This document shows, one piece after another, positions 10,601 to 18,687 of a stretch of DNA of 40,375 bases. The first letter of the stretch is position 1. Every line of letters begins with the position of its first letter. Position numbers and translations under genes: made by a program. The notes under the pieces were generated by a model. That model had not been told where the DNA came from. It saw only the letters and a list, made by a program, of their open reading frames with translations, and searched no databases. Where the stretch lies: IMG/VR virus record IMGVR_UViG_3300037307_000307. One strand, written 5' to 3'. Origin of the DNA: a virus. Taxonomy: Duplodnaviria > Heunggongvirae > Uroviricota > Caudoviricetes.

Positions 10601-13600
10601 TTTGTGCATCAAGAGCAGTTATTTCTCCTTTGTTGATTTTATCAAGATATTGTTTTTCAAATTCTGCATTCAATTTGCTTTCATATCTAGAAGTGAAAGC
10701 TTGATTGATAGCCAATGTTTCTGGTTCATCTCCCATTCTAGCTTCAACTCTACTGGCCAAACTTTCTTCCCATCCCTTGAATACTTTTTGAATATCTTTA
10801 GAAACTTCATTAACTGGAGCAGTTGAACCTAATACAACATAAGGAGTTACAACTCTTCCAAATATTTGTCTACCTCCTTGTGTACTCAAAGTATATCCTA
10901 AACCTTGTCCGGGAGTTTTTACAACTCCAGGTATTTTTAGATAAGGTCCTAATCCTGCTACTCCTGCAGCAACTAATGGACCGCCAGCTTCAGCCCATGC
11001 TGGTTTAAATCCTCCACCTCTTTCTTTCATCATTTCTATTTGTTCACCAGTGAAACCTTTAGTTTGTAATAAAGCTAAATTAGATTCGGTAAATCCTTTT
11101 TTCTCAAATCCTTCTATTTGTGTTTCTGTAAATCCTCTTTCTCTTAACATACCAGCATCTTGAGCACTTATTTTTGGAGCTGTTGCAATTGTTGCTCCTT
11201 TTGGAAGATATTCTATAGCTAATGCTCCGGCAACCCAAGGACCTACGCCAGGAATTAATGTTGCGACTTCTTCAACTGTAGTTATTCCTTCTACTGTCTT
11301 TTGTTGTATTTCTTTTTTCTTAGCAGCTTCTTCTGGAGTTCCTGGGCCATATGTTTCTACATATTCATATCTATCTAATTCAAATGGACTTCCGGCTTTT
11401 CTTATAGTATAATATTTACCGGTTGTTGGGTCATAAGTTGGTTCTCCTCTAAACCACTCAGCTGTTCCTATTTCTGCAGCTCCTTTTCCAATTCCTTGTT
11501 TCAAAGCTCCCAATCCTTTTCCTAACAAAAATACTCCTGGTGCTGCTGTCATTCCAAGTCTTAACCATCTATCACCACTAGAACCTGTATATTCTCTTCC
11601 TGCAAAGAATTCGAATTCTCCACCAACCCATAAATCTCCTCCTTGTCCTGATTGTTCAAATCCTTTTCCTAATGGGTCATAAATTGTAGATGTACCTTTT
11701 GGAGCTTCTACTACTCCTAGAACTTTACCAACTTCTTTTGGTAAACTTATTCCTCCTTCAACTAATCCAAATGTTTGACCTGTAGCAATTCCGACAGGTT
11801 TTATTCCTCCTTCATAAACAGAAACTGCTCCTTTTCCAATTCCTTCACCTACTGGTTTTAAGAAACCTTCATATATTGATTTACCTATTTGAGCTTCAAC
11901 TTGAGCTAATTGTTTTTGAGATTGAATATATGCTTGAGTATAAGGAGATTCTAAAACTGTCTTTCCAAATTCTACAGAAGGCTGTACTATTTTTTCACTA
12001 ACAAATTCTTGTACTTCAGGTTTCTTAAGATATTCGATTCCTTCTTTAACTACAAATGGAGCGGCTATAACAGGAGAAGTTAATACTAAACCAACTTTAA
12101 CAGGAGTTGGTGCTGTTTCTATCTGTCCTCCAATCCAACTAACTCCTTTTCCAATTCCTTCACCTACTGGTTTTATAACTCCTTCATAAGTTGGAACTAA
12201 TGCTTTTTCATATACAAATTCTCCAGCAGAACCGATTCCTTGTCCAACTGGTTTTATAACTCCTTCATAAGTTGGAGTTATTATTTTTTCTTGTATTTCT
12301 TTTCTTACTTCAGGTTTAGTTAATGCAGCTCCTATTATTATTGGTGCTGCAGGAGTTAACAATCCAAGTGCTTGAACATACGGAGAACTAACTATTCCTT
12401 GAAATCCTAATTGTTCAACATTTGGTTTAGGAGCTATATATGAAGGAGTTTCACCTGGTTTTGTTATTATAGTTCCAGTTGGAACTGTTGTTGGTTGATT
12501 TAATAATCTCTGTAATTCTGGAGTCATAGTAACTTGGGTTCCAGTTGGTTGATTGATATTTGTATTAGAAGTTTTGCTTAAATCAATATATCCAGGTTCT
12601 CCTGGAGCAATACCTTTAGCTTCTGGAAGTATAACATAATCCTTTGTTTTAGAAGTATCAAACATTATTTTCTCTGGACCATAAGTAGTTATGTTTATTG
12701 TTTCTCCTCCAGAACCCATTTTTGTTTCACCGTATGTTACTTCTCTTCCTGTTTCTGTTTTAGTTGTAACTCCTCCAGCGAATAAATTACTACCAAAAAC
12801 AACTCCTGGAAATTCTTTTACTGTGTATGTTTTACCTTGAGTCATTTCATAAGGAGTGGCTGTTAATATGAATCCTTTATCTGATAAATTTTCAGAAGAG
12901 GATTTAGTTTCTTTTGTTTGTGGATTATACCAATATCCTCCATACTTTCCAGATGCTTCGGTTGGACTTACAACTCCTAGATTTTTACTTAACCATTGCG
13001 GAACATCTTTACCTTCTTTTACTAACTGATTATAATAATTATACAAACCTCCAGTTTGTACTCCTTTGATATTTGGATTTGCAAATTCTGGTTTGCCTTG
13101 AATAACATTTCTCCATTTAGAACCATAGATATATTCCATATCTCCTTGACTCAATGTTTTACCAGAGTCGACTTTATTTTTTAAATAATCGGGAAGAGTT
13201 TCTTTATTAAGAAAAAATACATTTCCATTTTTATCTTTTACAGTAGTTGTACCAGGATTTTGTTTAATATATTCTTCTATTTGTTTTTTCTGTTCAGCCA
13301 TTGCTTTATCATATTCCTGGTCTGCTCTTTCTCTCTGTCTATAATAGCTGGCTAGATTTGAAATGTTTCCTTGTAGAAAACCTCTTATAACGTCTGGTTT
13401 TTCTTTTGATGCATATTCTTTCCATCCTCTTTGTTCCGCACGATACAAATCAATATCATCTTCTAATTCATCTATTCTTTCTCTTCTTTCTTCTCCTTTA
13501 TATCTATCTCGAACTTTTTCAATCTCAGCTTCTTTTCTTGCAATCTTGTCATCAAAATATTTTATCTTTTCATTAACTTTCATCATAGCTAAATCATATT

Positions 13601-13880
13601 CCTTTTGAACCAATTCAGCTCTTCCAAATTCCGGAACTTGTTTTGATACAGAAACTTCAAATTCTTCTTCAGCTCCTTCAACATCTTGTTTTGTTTTCTT
13701 TCTTTCTCCTGATGCTTGTTGTAAAGCACTATAACTTCCTAGTCTAGATTGTGTTGCTCCAGCCCTAGCAACAGCTCCACTAAATTGTATAACTGGTTTA
13801 TCCAGTTCTCCTTTTACAGTTGTAAATGATTGCCTTGCTGCAAGAATCTGATTTTTTACATCTTCTGGTATTTGTGCCAT
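7644..13880 (-). CDS. 2078-aa giant protein (putative virion-associated multidomain protein) with internal repeats, a nucleotidyltransferase-like domain, a Ser-Pro linker and a basic C-terminus
   Basis: Single long ORF with no signal peptide. Charged coiled-coil N-terminus, YEGxIKPVGxGIG x4, GFTExQ-like x3, LAGSSA...DYDV...LD...K...KDVVD, (SP)n tract, then a K/R-rich tail. Confidence 0.8.
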   Translation of the reverse strand: MAQIPEDVKNQILAARQSFTTVKGELDKPVIQFSGAVARAGATQSRLGSYSALQQASGERKKTKQDVEGAEEEFEVSVSKQVPEFGRAELVQKEYDLAMMKVNEKIKYFDDKIARKEAEIEKVRDRYKGEERRERIDELEDDIDLYRAEQRGWKEYASKEKPDVIRGFLQGNISNLASYYRQRERADQEYDKAMAEQKKQIEEYIKQNPGTTTVKDKNGNVFFLNKETLPDYLKNKVDSGKTLSQGDMEYIYGSKWRNVIQGKPEFANPNIKGVQTGGLYNYYNQLVKEGKDVPQWLSKNLGVVSPTEASGKYGGYWYNPQTKETKSSSENLSDKGFILTATPYEMTQGKTYTVKEFPGVVFGSNLFAGGVTTKTETGREVTYGETKMGSGGETINITTYGPEKIMFDTSKTKDYVILPEAKGIAPGEPGYIDLSKTSNTNINQPTGTQVTMTPELQRLLNQPTTVPTGTIITKPGETPSYIAPKPNVEQLGFQGIVSSPYVQALGLLTPAAPIIIGAALTKPEVRKEIQEKIITPTYEGVIKPVGQGIGSAGEFVYEKALVPTYEGVIKPVGEGIGKGVSWIGGQIETAPTPVKVGLVLTSPVIAAPFVVKEGIEYLKKPEVQEFVSEKIVQPSVEFGKTVLESPYTQAYIQSQKQLAQVEAQIGKSIYEGFLKPVGEGIGKGAVSVYEGGIKPVGIATGQTFGLVEGGISLPKEVGKVLGVVEAPKGTSTIYDPLGKGFEQSGQGGDLWVGGEFEFFAGREYTGSSGDRWLRLGMTAAPGVFLLGKGLGALKQGIGKGAAEIGTAEWFRGEPTYDPTTGKYYTIRKAGSPFELDRYEYVETYGPGTPEEAAKKKEIQQKTVEGITTVEEVATLIPGVGPWVAGALAIEYLPKGATIATAPKISAQDAGMLRERGFTETQIEGFEKKGFTESNLALLQTKGFTGEQIEMMKERGGGFKPAWAEAGGPLVAAGVAGLGPYLKIPGVVKTPGQGLGYTLSTQGGRQIFGRVVTPYVVLGSTAPVNEVSKDIQKVFKGWEESLASRVEARMGDEPETLAINQAFTSRYESKLNAEFEKQYLDKINKGEITALDAQTEFNNSQYVKDVQKEFVSSDEYKKLAKDYANKSDELMTWAEAGGIFGTKFVSSILPTSPEKALAIGTAGGLFKFVPSSVTTAYGGFQIAKPGATKVEKAGGIFTVGVATGVSLYKGTFPVKIGEARAQTLKMDTKIGSPTYGEMVLTPADKATFQGLYAQWGTKAYPVFGRTLTLQNGATTATWAFGASIPGATGTTATAFIPSKATFFGTTGAYTGQKYIQAQQTPTTYSRAAYEAFVPRGVSWKSEQAQIFLPGKETVAYAPSWFRTDIGLKVSPAAFKAFTPETKAASMTDLLISQGKYKWGFGFKKDILFPDVQSILPQATGFTPATAIQTAFARKAIEQQLGPVFGAGVKDIINLATKGYGIDVKPGKLQLEQTEAFKYMNKAQQKVFVEWLQKQFRESPSLRANYLAGSSAYQAQLPGGKFGPGRKPAGDYDVRFPKQEAIPKVEELYKALKAAQGKDGLAVKWQKDTGLIQGKYGKEWDNFLDAHGIDTPEEVPSTIFGLGPKIPYQTKFTYPGATSEKGILIEQLSQGGLEKAGSIIQLRAPTTPGTTLSIGPKDYRVAKDVVDFFAIEKTLSQYSISPFRAASMKASLARLETTLPKMFPQVTTEQLLSAVPTVIAAKTAPVTVSALPGAIKGAQAFAAFEAFAPKGISGLTTSQAFTTFVPSKITTSPAIVSYPGVSTTTLTTFLPKKVMEEQTLKGYMQSPSGVTSAAIKAFLPSGAVSPSPRISTSPSVSASISASMSVSPSVSASPSVSPSVSPSVSPSVSPSPSPSPSPSPSPSVSPSPSVSPSPSVSPSPSPSPSPSPSPSPSPSPSPSPSPSPRIVPPIIDFAQARKRPEEKKRPKEEVGYVVEIRRRKKFRVESPFLLSKEEATQFGIKRTLGGAAATFRLVQKKGRVGTLGLAGPSGKSLSYFRAPKTKTPQALTFVQKERARIITSGEKKEISLRGVRAAAARTRNPKVKGNLFSKNQKGGRQKWF
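8113..8420 (-). repeat. Ser-Pro(-Val) low-complexity coding repeat
   Basis: Degenerate 6-bp-period repeat encoding SPSVSPSPSP...; codons vary synonymously. Confidence 0.9.
11790..12290 (-). repeat. Internal coding repeats YEG(V/F/G)(I/L)KPVG(E/Q)GIG
   Basis: Four peptide copies. The DNA repeat ctggttttataactccttcataagttgga occurs at about 12167 and 12248. Confidence 0.85.
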
Positions 13881-14089
13881 TAACTTCTATCCTCCCAACT
13901 AAATATACGAATAGGAATCTTCTTTGGCATTTTAACTGGATATATATTTTCTTTAGTATCCATGTCTACAAACTTCTTCAATTCTTTTTTAGGTAGTGTT
14001 ATAGATATTTGACCATTACTTTTATTTTTAAAAAGTCTTGCTTTAATATCTAGAAATTTAGTTTGATTCTTATCTTTAATATTAGCCAT
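13880..14089 (-). CDS. AbrB/SpoVT-like DNA-binding protein (likely start MANIK at 14089)
   Basis: KARLFKNKSNGQISITLPKKELKK fits the swapped-hairpin pattern; ATG is 29 nt from the TATA start. Confidence 0.55.
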   Translation of the reverse strand: MANIKDKNQTKFLDIKARLFKNKSNGQISITLPKKELKKFVDMDTKENIYPVKMPKKIPIRIFSWEDRS

Positions 14090-14130
14090 ACAGATTACTA
14101 GTAAATGCACTTTTTAAAGATGGTTTACAA

Positions 14131-14430
14131 TTAAAAAAATGGAAATCCGTCACCTTTATTCTCTTTATATTTTCTATAAGCTTTCTCGACAGGGGCACCA
14201 ATGATAAAGTCTAGGTCTTCGAAGAGCAAGGCCAAATCATTAGAATCTTTAGGGTTGAGAACTTTAAAATATTCATTGGGAGAAAATCCTCTATTAACTC
14301 TCTTTCTTAATTTAATATTTATTCTTTGTTTTCTTTTATCATTATTAACAATTAAAACTTTATCATATTCTGGTTTTGGTAAATCATTTGTTTGTTCAAC
14401 TGGTTTACCTGGTATAATAGGTTCAGCCAT
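14131..14430 (-). CDS. Hypothetical protein (likely start MAEPII at 14430)
   Basis: ORF tightly packed against neighbours. Confidence 0.7.
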   Translation of the reverse strand: MAEPIIPGKPVEQTNDLPKPEYDKVLIVNNDKRKQRINIKLRKRVNRGFSPNEYFKVLNPKDSNDLALLFEDLDFIIGAPVEKAYRKYKENKGDGFPFF

Positions 14431-14432
14431 TA

Positions 14433-15098
14433 TTACCTCGTGAAGAAGAATATTAGAACTCCTAATATTCCTATTCCTATAAGTATAGCTGCCCACTTAG
14501 ACATTGATTTGACTGTTTGAGTTTGTTGTGCTCTCAATGCCATTTTAATTAAGAACTCGTCGCTATCTGTAGCATCTCCTCTTCTACGAATTTCATCAAG
14601 GTCTAAATTTGAAACAGGTCTTCTATCAATTTCTTTAACGATAAGGAACTTGTACATTTTGCCGCCTTGTCTAAATGTCCAGAATGCTCTAGGGTCTACT
14701 TCATATATTTTATTTCTTAATAAAATCATATTACCATATATGGGTAATATGATTGGATTTTCAATTTCTCCTTTTATATTTAAGAACAATACCGCAACCA
14801 TATCTCTTTGTTTGGCAGCTCTGTTTGCAGCCGACTTCCATTTGAATGGAACATTGAATGGTTTTTTTAATTGAGGAGTTTCCCTCTTCATAGTCTCTAT
14901 ATCAGTCTCTTCTTTGATTGCTTGTTTTACCATAGTCTTCAAACCTGGTTTTACATGTGATACAAATTCTCTTCCACCTTGAGGATATTTTCTAGAAGGA
15001 TATTGTGCTCTAGCATATTGATAATCATTATTATATCTAGGAGCTGGCCCCGCACTTCTATATGCCTTTGATGCAAACTCTTCATAATCCGATGCCAT
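14433..15098 (-). CDS. C-terminally membrane-anchored protein
   Basis: 221 aa ending in a single TM helix WAAILIGIGILGVLIFFFTR. Confidence 0.8.
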   Translation of the reverse strand: MASDYEEFASKAYRSAGPAPRYNNDYQYARAQYPSRKYPQGGREFVSHVKPGLKTMVKQAIKEETDIETMKRETPQLKKPFNVPFKWKSAANRAAKQRDMVAVLFLNIKGEIENPIILPIYGNMILLRNKIYEVDPRAFWTFRQGGKMYKFLIVKEIDRRPVSNLDLDEIRRRGDATDSDEFLIKMALRAQQTQTVKSMSKWAAILIGIGILGVLIFFFTR

Positions 15099-15257
15099 TT
15101 ATACCTCTATTAAGTTTATCGACACTCTGTGTGGATAACCTTTTATTTTAATCATTCCATATGCACCATATCCTTTTTTACCTGATTTGAATTCTCTATA
15201 CTTGCCAGTAACTTTCTGTCCATCTATATCAATAATTATATCTTCTTTATCTGCCAT
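15099..15257 (-). CDS. 52-aa beta-rich small protein (not in ORF track)
   Basis: MADKEDIIIDIDGQKVTGKYREFKSGKKGYGAYGMIKIKGYPHRVSINLIEV; fills the gap between two genes exactly. Confidence 0.7.
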   Translation of the reverse strand: MADKEDIIIDIDGQKVTGKYREFKSGKKGYGAYGMIKIKGYPHRVSINLIEV

Positions 15258-15258
15258 A

Positions 15259-15807
15259 TTATTCTACTGGTGCCTCTGGTTGTCCACCAAATATATTGAA
15301 TCTTTTTTTCTTAAATGGTTGTTGACCGAACTGTCCACCCTGTCCGCCTTGTCCAAATCCTTGGCCACTGAATCTTTGAGTTTGTTTCTTTTGAGATACG
15401 AATAACTCTGTAAACCATCCTTTTTTAGATGCAGATGTCTTTAAAGTTATTTCCGAAACATCGTTGAAGAAAGATGCAAATCTATTATGATGAACTGTTG
15501 CTCCACACAGAGCTAAGAATTGTGCATTACGTACATTCATAAAAGGTTGTGGTCCTAATTCATATTTATCTAGATTACCAACTTTAGAATTATCTTTTGA
15601 CTTTAATACTTTATGGAATAATGTGTAAAGTCCTTCAGAACGTTTTTGTTGTGGAACGTCAGCCCATTCTACATTTTCAGATTCATCTTGATGTTCTTCC
15701 ATGCGGTCTTGATTTTCCGCCATGTCTTGTTCATCTAAGTATTCCTCTTCAGATGGCTCTGATTCTTGTTCAATTGCTTCTATCGGTTGCGTTTCTTCCT
15801 CTTGCAT
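15259..15807 (-). CDS. Protein with acidic N-terminus and G/Q/F-rich C-terminus
   Basis: 182-aa ORF heading a tightly packed run of genes. Confidence 0.75.
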   Translation of the reverse strand: MQEEETQPIEAIEQESEPSEEEYLDEQDMAENQDRMEEHQDESENVEWADVPQQKRSEGLYTLFHKVLKSKDNSKVGNLDKYELGPQPFMNVRNAQFLALCGATVHHNRFASFFNDVSEITLKTSASKKGWFTELFVSQKKQTQRFSGQGFGQGGQGGQFGQQPFKKKRFNIFGGQPEAPVE

Positions 15808-15917
15808 TTATATATCTCCGTAAGTGTTTAACTAGTTAAATCTTTCGAGTTAACTGATTCTAAATAATAAAAATTAAAATAAAAAAAATTTTGGTTTGTT
15901 GTACTCATGTTGTCTCC

Positions 15918-16148
15918 TTAAACTATTCCTGCTTGTCTCAAGCTAGAATAGGTTACTGCGATACCTATGCCAAGTATTCCAAGTGCGAAGAATCCAGGTA
16001 CCATCAAAAGTACTGAAGCTCCCCATGAACTTGAATTTGCAAGGTCTCCGCCAGTTGCAGCTACAAGGTTAACTTGCTGTGCAATTGGTCCGATTAAGGA
16101 TACACCAATAAGGATGGATACGAATCCACCAATAAGGTTTGCTATCAT
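15918..16148 (-). CDS. Spindle-shaped virus major capsid protein, copy A (SSV1 VP1/VP3-like)
   Basis: 76 aa; two hydrophobic helices each with a Pro, separated by a short polar loop with an NSS sequon. The pattern aligns by eye with mature fusellovirus VP1 as I recall it. Confidence 0.8.
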   Translation of the reverse strand: MIANLIGGFVSILIGVSLIGPIAQQVNLVAATGGDLANSSSWGASVLLMVPGFFALGILGIGIAVTYSSLRQAGIV

Positions 16149-16303
16149 TTTGGGTTATATTATGTTCATCCCTCCCATGACTGTAGGGAGGACTCTTTCC
16201 TTTATAAAGATGGTTCATACAAAATTCTACTAGTAAAATAATAAAACAAATATATTTTCACATATTGAAAATGTTTAAATATTCTAGTTTCAATACAATA
16301 CAG

Positions 16304-16798
16304 ATGACAATGAGATTGAATGTTGGAAGTGGTATAGATTATAGAGATGGTTGGATAAATTTAGATTATTACAATCCTGCTTATAAAATAGATGTGATGC
16401 ATGACTTGAATATTTTTCCATATCCTTTTGAAGATAATTCTTTTGATGAAATAGAATGTAAAATGGTTTTAGAACATTTATCAAACCCAATAAAAACATT
16501 ACAAGAATTTATTAGAATAAGTAAGAGTGGTTGTAAAATTCATATAGTAGTTCCTCATGCAACTACTTACGCAAACTTTACAGCATTTGACCATAGAGCA
16601 AATTTTACTGAATCTAGTTTCGATGAAAAGATATTATTAGAAGCCGGGCTGAGTGAAATGAAATTAACAGACTTTCATTTTATATATGTTAACAAATGGA
16701 AAAAATATATTCCATTTAAAGGATATCTTAAGATATTTTTAAATGGACTGTATGATGATTTGTCATTTACTTTCGAAGTTATTAAAAATAAAAAATAA
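16304..16798 (+). CDS. Class I SAM-dependent methyltransferase (type 11-like), inserted antisense between capsid genes
   Basis: RLNVGSG (motif I), WINLD, HDLNIFPYPFEDNSFDEI, VLEHL; tttaaata TATA about 30 nt before ATG 16304. Confidence 0.85.
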   Translation: MTMRLNVGSGIDYRDGWINLDYYNPAYKIDVMHDLNIFPYPFEDNSFDEIECKMVLEHLSNPIKTLQEFIRISKSGCKIHIVVPHATTYANFTAFDHRANFTESSFDEKILLEAGLSEMKLTDFHFIYVNKWKKYIPFKGYLKIFLNGLYDDLSFTFEVIKNKK

Positions 16799-16815
16799 AA
16801 ATAATAATTTAAATC

Positions 16816-16832
16816 CTGCTATTTTGTAGCAG
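16816..16832. terminator. Hairpin between convergent methyltransferase and capsid copy B
   Basis: ctgcta-ttttg-tagcag flanked by A/T runs. Confidence 0.5.
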
Positions 16833-16841
16833 TTATTTTTC

Positions 16842-17072
16842 TTAAACTATTCCTGCTTGTCTCAAGCTAGAATAAGTTACAGCAATTCCTATACCTAATA
16901 TTCCTAGAGCAAAGAATCCTGGTACCATTAAAAGTACAGAAGCTCCCCAACTAGAAGAATTAGCTAAATCTCCACCAGCTTGTGCGGTTTGATTAATTAT
17001 TCCAGCAACTGGTCCTATTAAAGAAACGCCAACTAATATAGATACGAATCCGCCTATTAAATTTGCAATCAT
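16842..17072 (-). CDS. Major capsid protein, copy B
   Basis: Near-identical to copy A; differs mainly in PVAGIINQTAQA, which adds an NQT sequon. Confidence 0.8.
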   Translation of the reverse strand: MIANLIGGFVSILVGVSLIGPVAGIINQTAQAGGDLANSSSWGASVLLMVPGFFALGILGIGIAVTYSSLRQAGIV

Positions 17073-17263
17073 TTTAAATTTTCAATCCTCCCATTATATA
17101 TATAAAAGAATTCTCTTTTTAAACATGGTTCGTAGTAATTTCTACTAGTAAAATAAATTAAATAAAAAAATAAGGGACAGGCGTAAACAAGTTTTGCTCG
17201 GTATTTAACTTCACAGCAACTCGCCTCATTTACCGCCCCGTGCGGTTAGCTAAGAATTTCTTC

Positions 17264-17494
17264 TTAAACTATTCCAGCTTGTCTAAGACTTGAATAAGTT
17301 ACAGCAATTCCTATACCTAGTATACCTAGTGCGAAGAATCCTGGAACCATCAATAAGACAGATGCTCCCCAAGTAGAAGAGTTGTAAACAGCTCCTCCTG
17401 CAGCAGCGACAAGGTTAACTTGTGATGCTATTGGTCCGATTAAGGAAACACCTATTAATATTGAGACAAAGCCTCCTATTAAATTTGCTATCAT
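17264..17494 (-). CDS. Major capsid protein, copy C
   Basis: Near-identical to copy A; loop reads ASQVNLVAAAGGAVYNSST. Confidence 0.8.
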   Translation of the reverse strand: MIANLIGGFVSILIGVSLIGPIASQVNLVAAAGGAVYNSSTWGASVLLMVPGFFALGILGIGIAVTYSSLRQAGIV

Positions 17495-17727
17495 GGTTGA
17501 TTAATATATTGTATTTCAGCCCTCCTATGATATCGGAGAGGTATCTATTCTTTTTAAACATGGTTCGTAGTGATTTCTACTAGTAAAATATAGTTATTCA
17601 AATATAACTGAGAAAATATCTTGCATTGTTTCAAACGGACTCATTCCATATAGAAAGTAATTATGAAGTATCATAAAATGAACTACTCCTGGTATTGCCA
17701 ATATAGCAAAGGGAATAAAATTTATTT

Positions 17728-18687
17728 TCAAACTTTCTCTCCCGAGAATGCGCGTATTCCAAATCTAACTTGTTTTTCTTCTATAGATACATCTGGCAAT
17801 TTACAAAGCATTTCAGATATCGTTCTAGCATCATAACCTTCCTTCCACATAGTATACAATAGTGCATCTCTTTGACGTTTCCATTTCCTTTCTATATTCT
17901 TAACTTCCTTTTGTTTGATAGCTTCCTGTTTTGCTTTCTCATACATATCCTTATCAAGAGGAAGGAATGGGCTGAACCTTCCTGTGAATGATGGACGAGC
18001 TCCAGAATATTTTGAGGCAGTTCCGGATTTCTTTTTACCATTAATGTATAAATTTTCTTTTTGACCTTCATTATAGAAATTAAAAAATCCTCTCTCCATT
18101 CTTTTATTTGTAAAAACATCTACAAGAAATATAGAACGGGAGATTGCATAATCCTCATGTAACTTAAAAAAATTTGGGAGTACGATAAGAATCACGTGGC
18201 CGTATTGACCGCACTCTTGGAAGAAGTCTTGCATTGCTTTATTAATAGCGGTCATGGCGGCCGATGAGTCTAGACCAGCTCTACCTTCATCATAAACAAT
18301 AACTTGATTTCTTCCATACTTATTGTAAAGTTCTCTTGCCTTTGTTTGTAAATCATCTGGAGTGAATACGACATTATCTTCTACATTAAATCTAACAGGA
18401 GTTATGGGTTTGCTAGCTACAAACCATTTACCAGTAGATTCTTCTTTGGCCATGGAACCACCTGCAATTAACCAAGCTAGAAAATAAGCTACCTGTTGTG
18501 CAAGTGTTGATTTTCCGACACGAACCTTTCCATGGCCAGAGAAGATTCCTACTACATCGTAAGAATGTTTTAAATAATCTGGAATGCCCATTAGATTGAT
18601 TGCTAGATATTCATCCATGTAATAACCAATTCTTTTCTTATTGAATTTAGGGTCGACCCAAACGTGGTCGGTAACTTGCATGCTCAT
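17728..18687 (-). CDS. FtsK/HerA-superfamily P-loop ATPase (morphogenesis/genome-packaging type)
   Basis: Walker A GKVRVGKS, Walker B VIVYDE, downstream ILIVLPNFFKL strand; sits directly upstream of the capsid genes. Confidence 0.8.
   Translation of the reverse strand: MSMQVTDHVWVDPKFNKKRIGYYMDEYLAINLMGIPDYLKHSYDVVGIFSGHGKVRVGKSTLAQQVAYFLAWLIAGGSMAKEESTGKWFVASKPITPVRFNVEDNVVFTPDDLQTKARELYNKYGRNQVIVYDEGRAGLDSSAAMTAINKAMQDFFQECGQYGHVILIVLPNFFKLHEDYAISRSIFLVDVFTNKRMERGFFNFYNEGQKENLYINGKKKSGTASKYSGARPSFTGRFSPFLPLDKDMYEKAKQEAIKQKEVKNIERKWKRQRDALLYTMWKEGYDARTISEMLCKLPDVSIEEKQVRFGIRAFSGEKV

Noticed and set aside
9454-11008. Plus-strand and alternative-frame ORFs overlapping the giant gene (9454, 9782, 9967, 10563, 10823)
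   Set aside because: Shadow ORFs of a long coding frame; no promoter, RBS or motifs.
17173-17250. Known self-cleaving ribozyme (contains GUUAAAUA, as in pistol) or tRNA
   Set aside because: The remaining conserved elements and pseudoknot order do not fit, there is no hammerhead core and no cloverleaf; kept only as an unassigned structure.
15918-17494. Assembly artefact triplicating one gene
   Set aside because: The copies differ at many synonymous sites and have distinct flanks.
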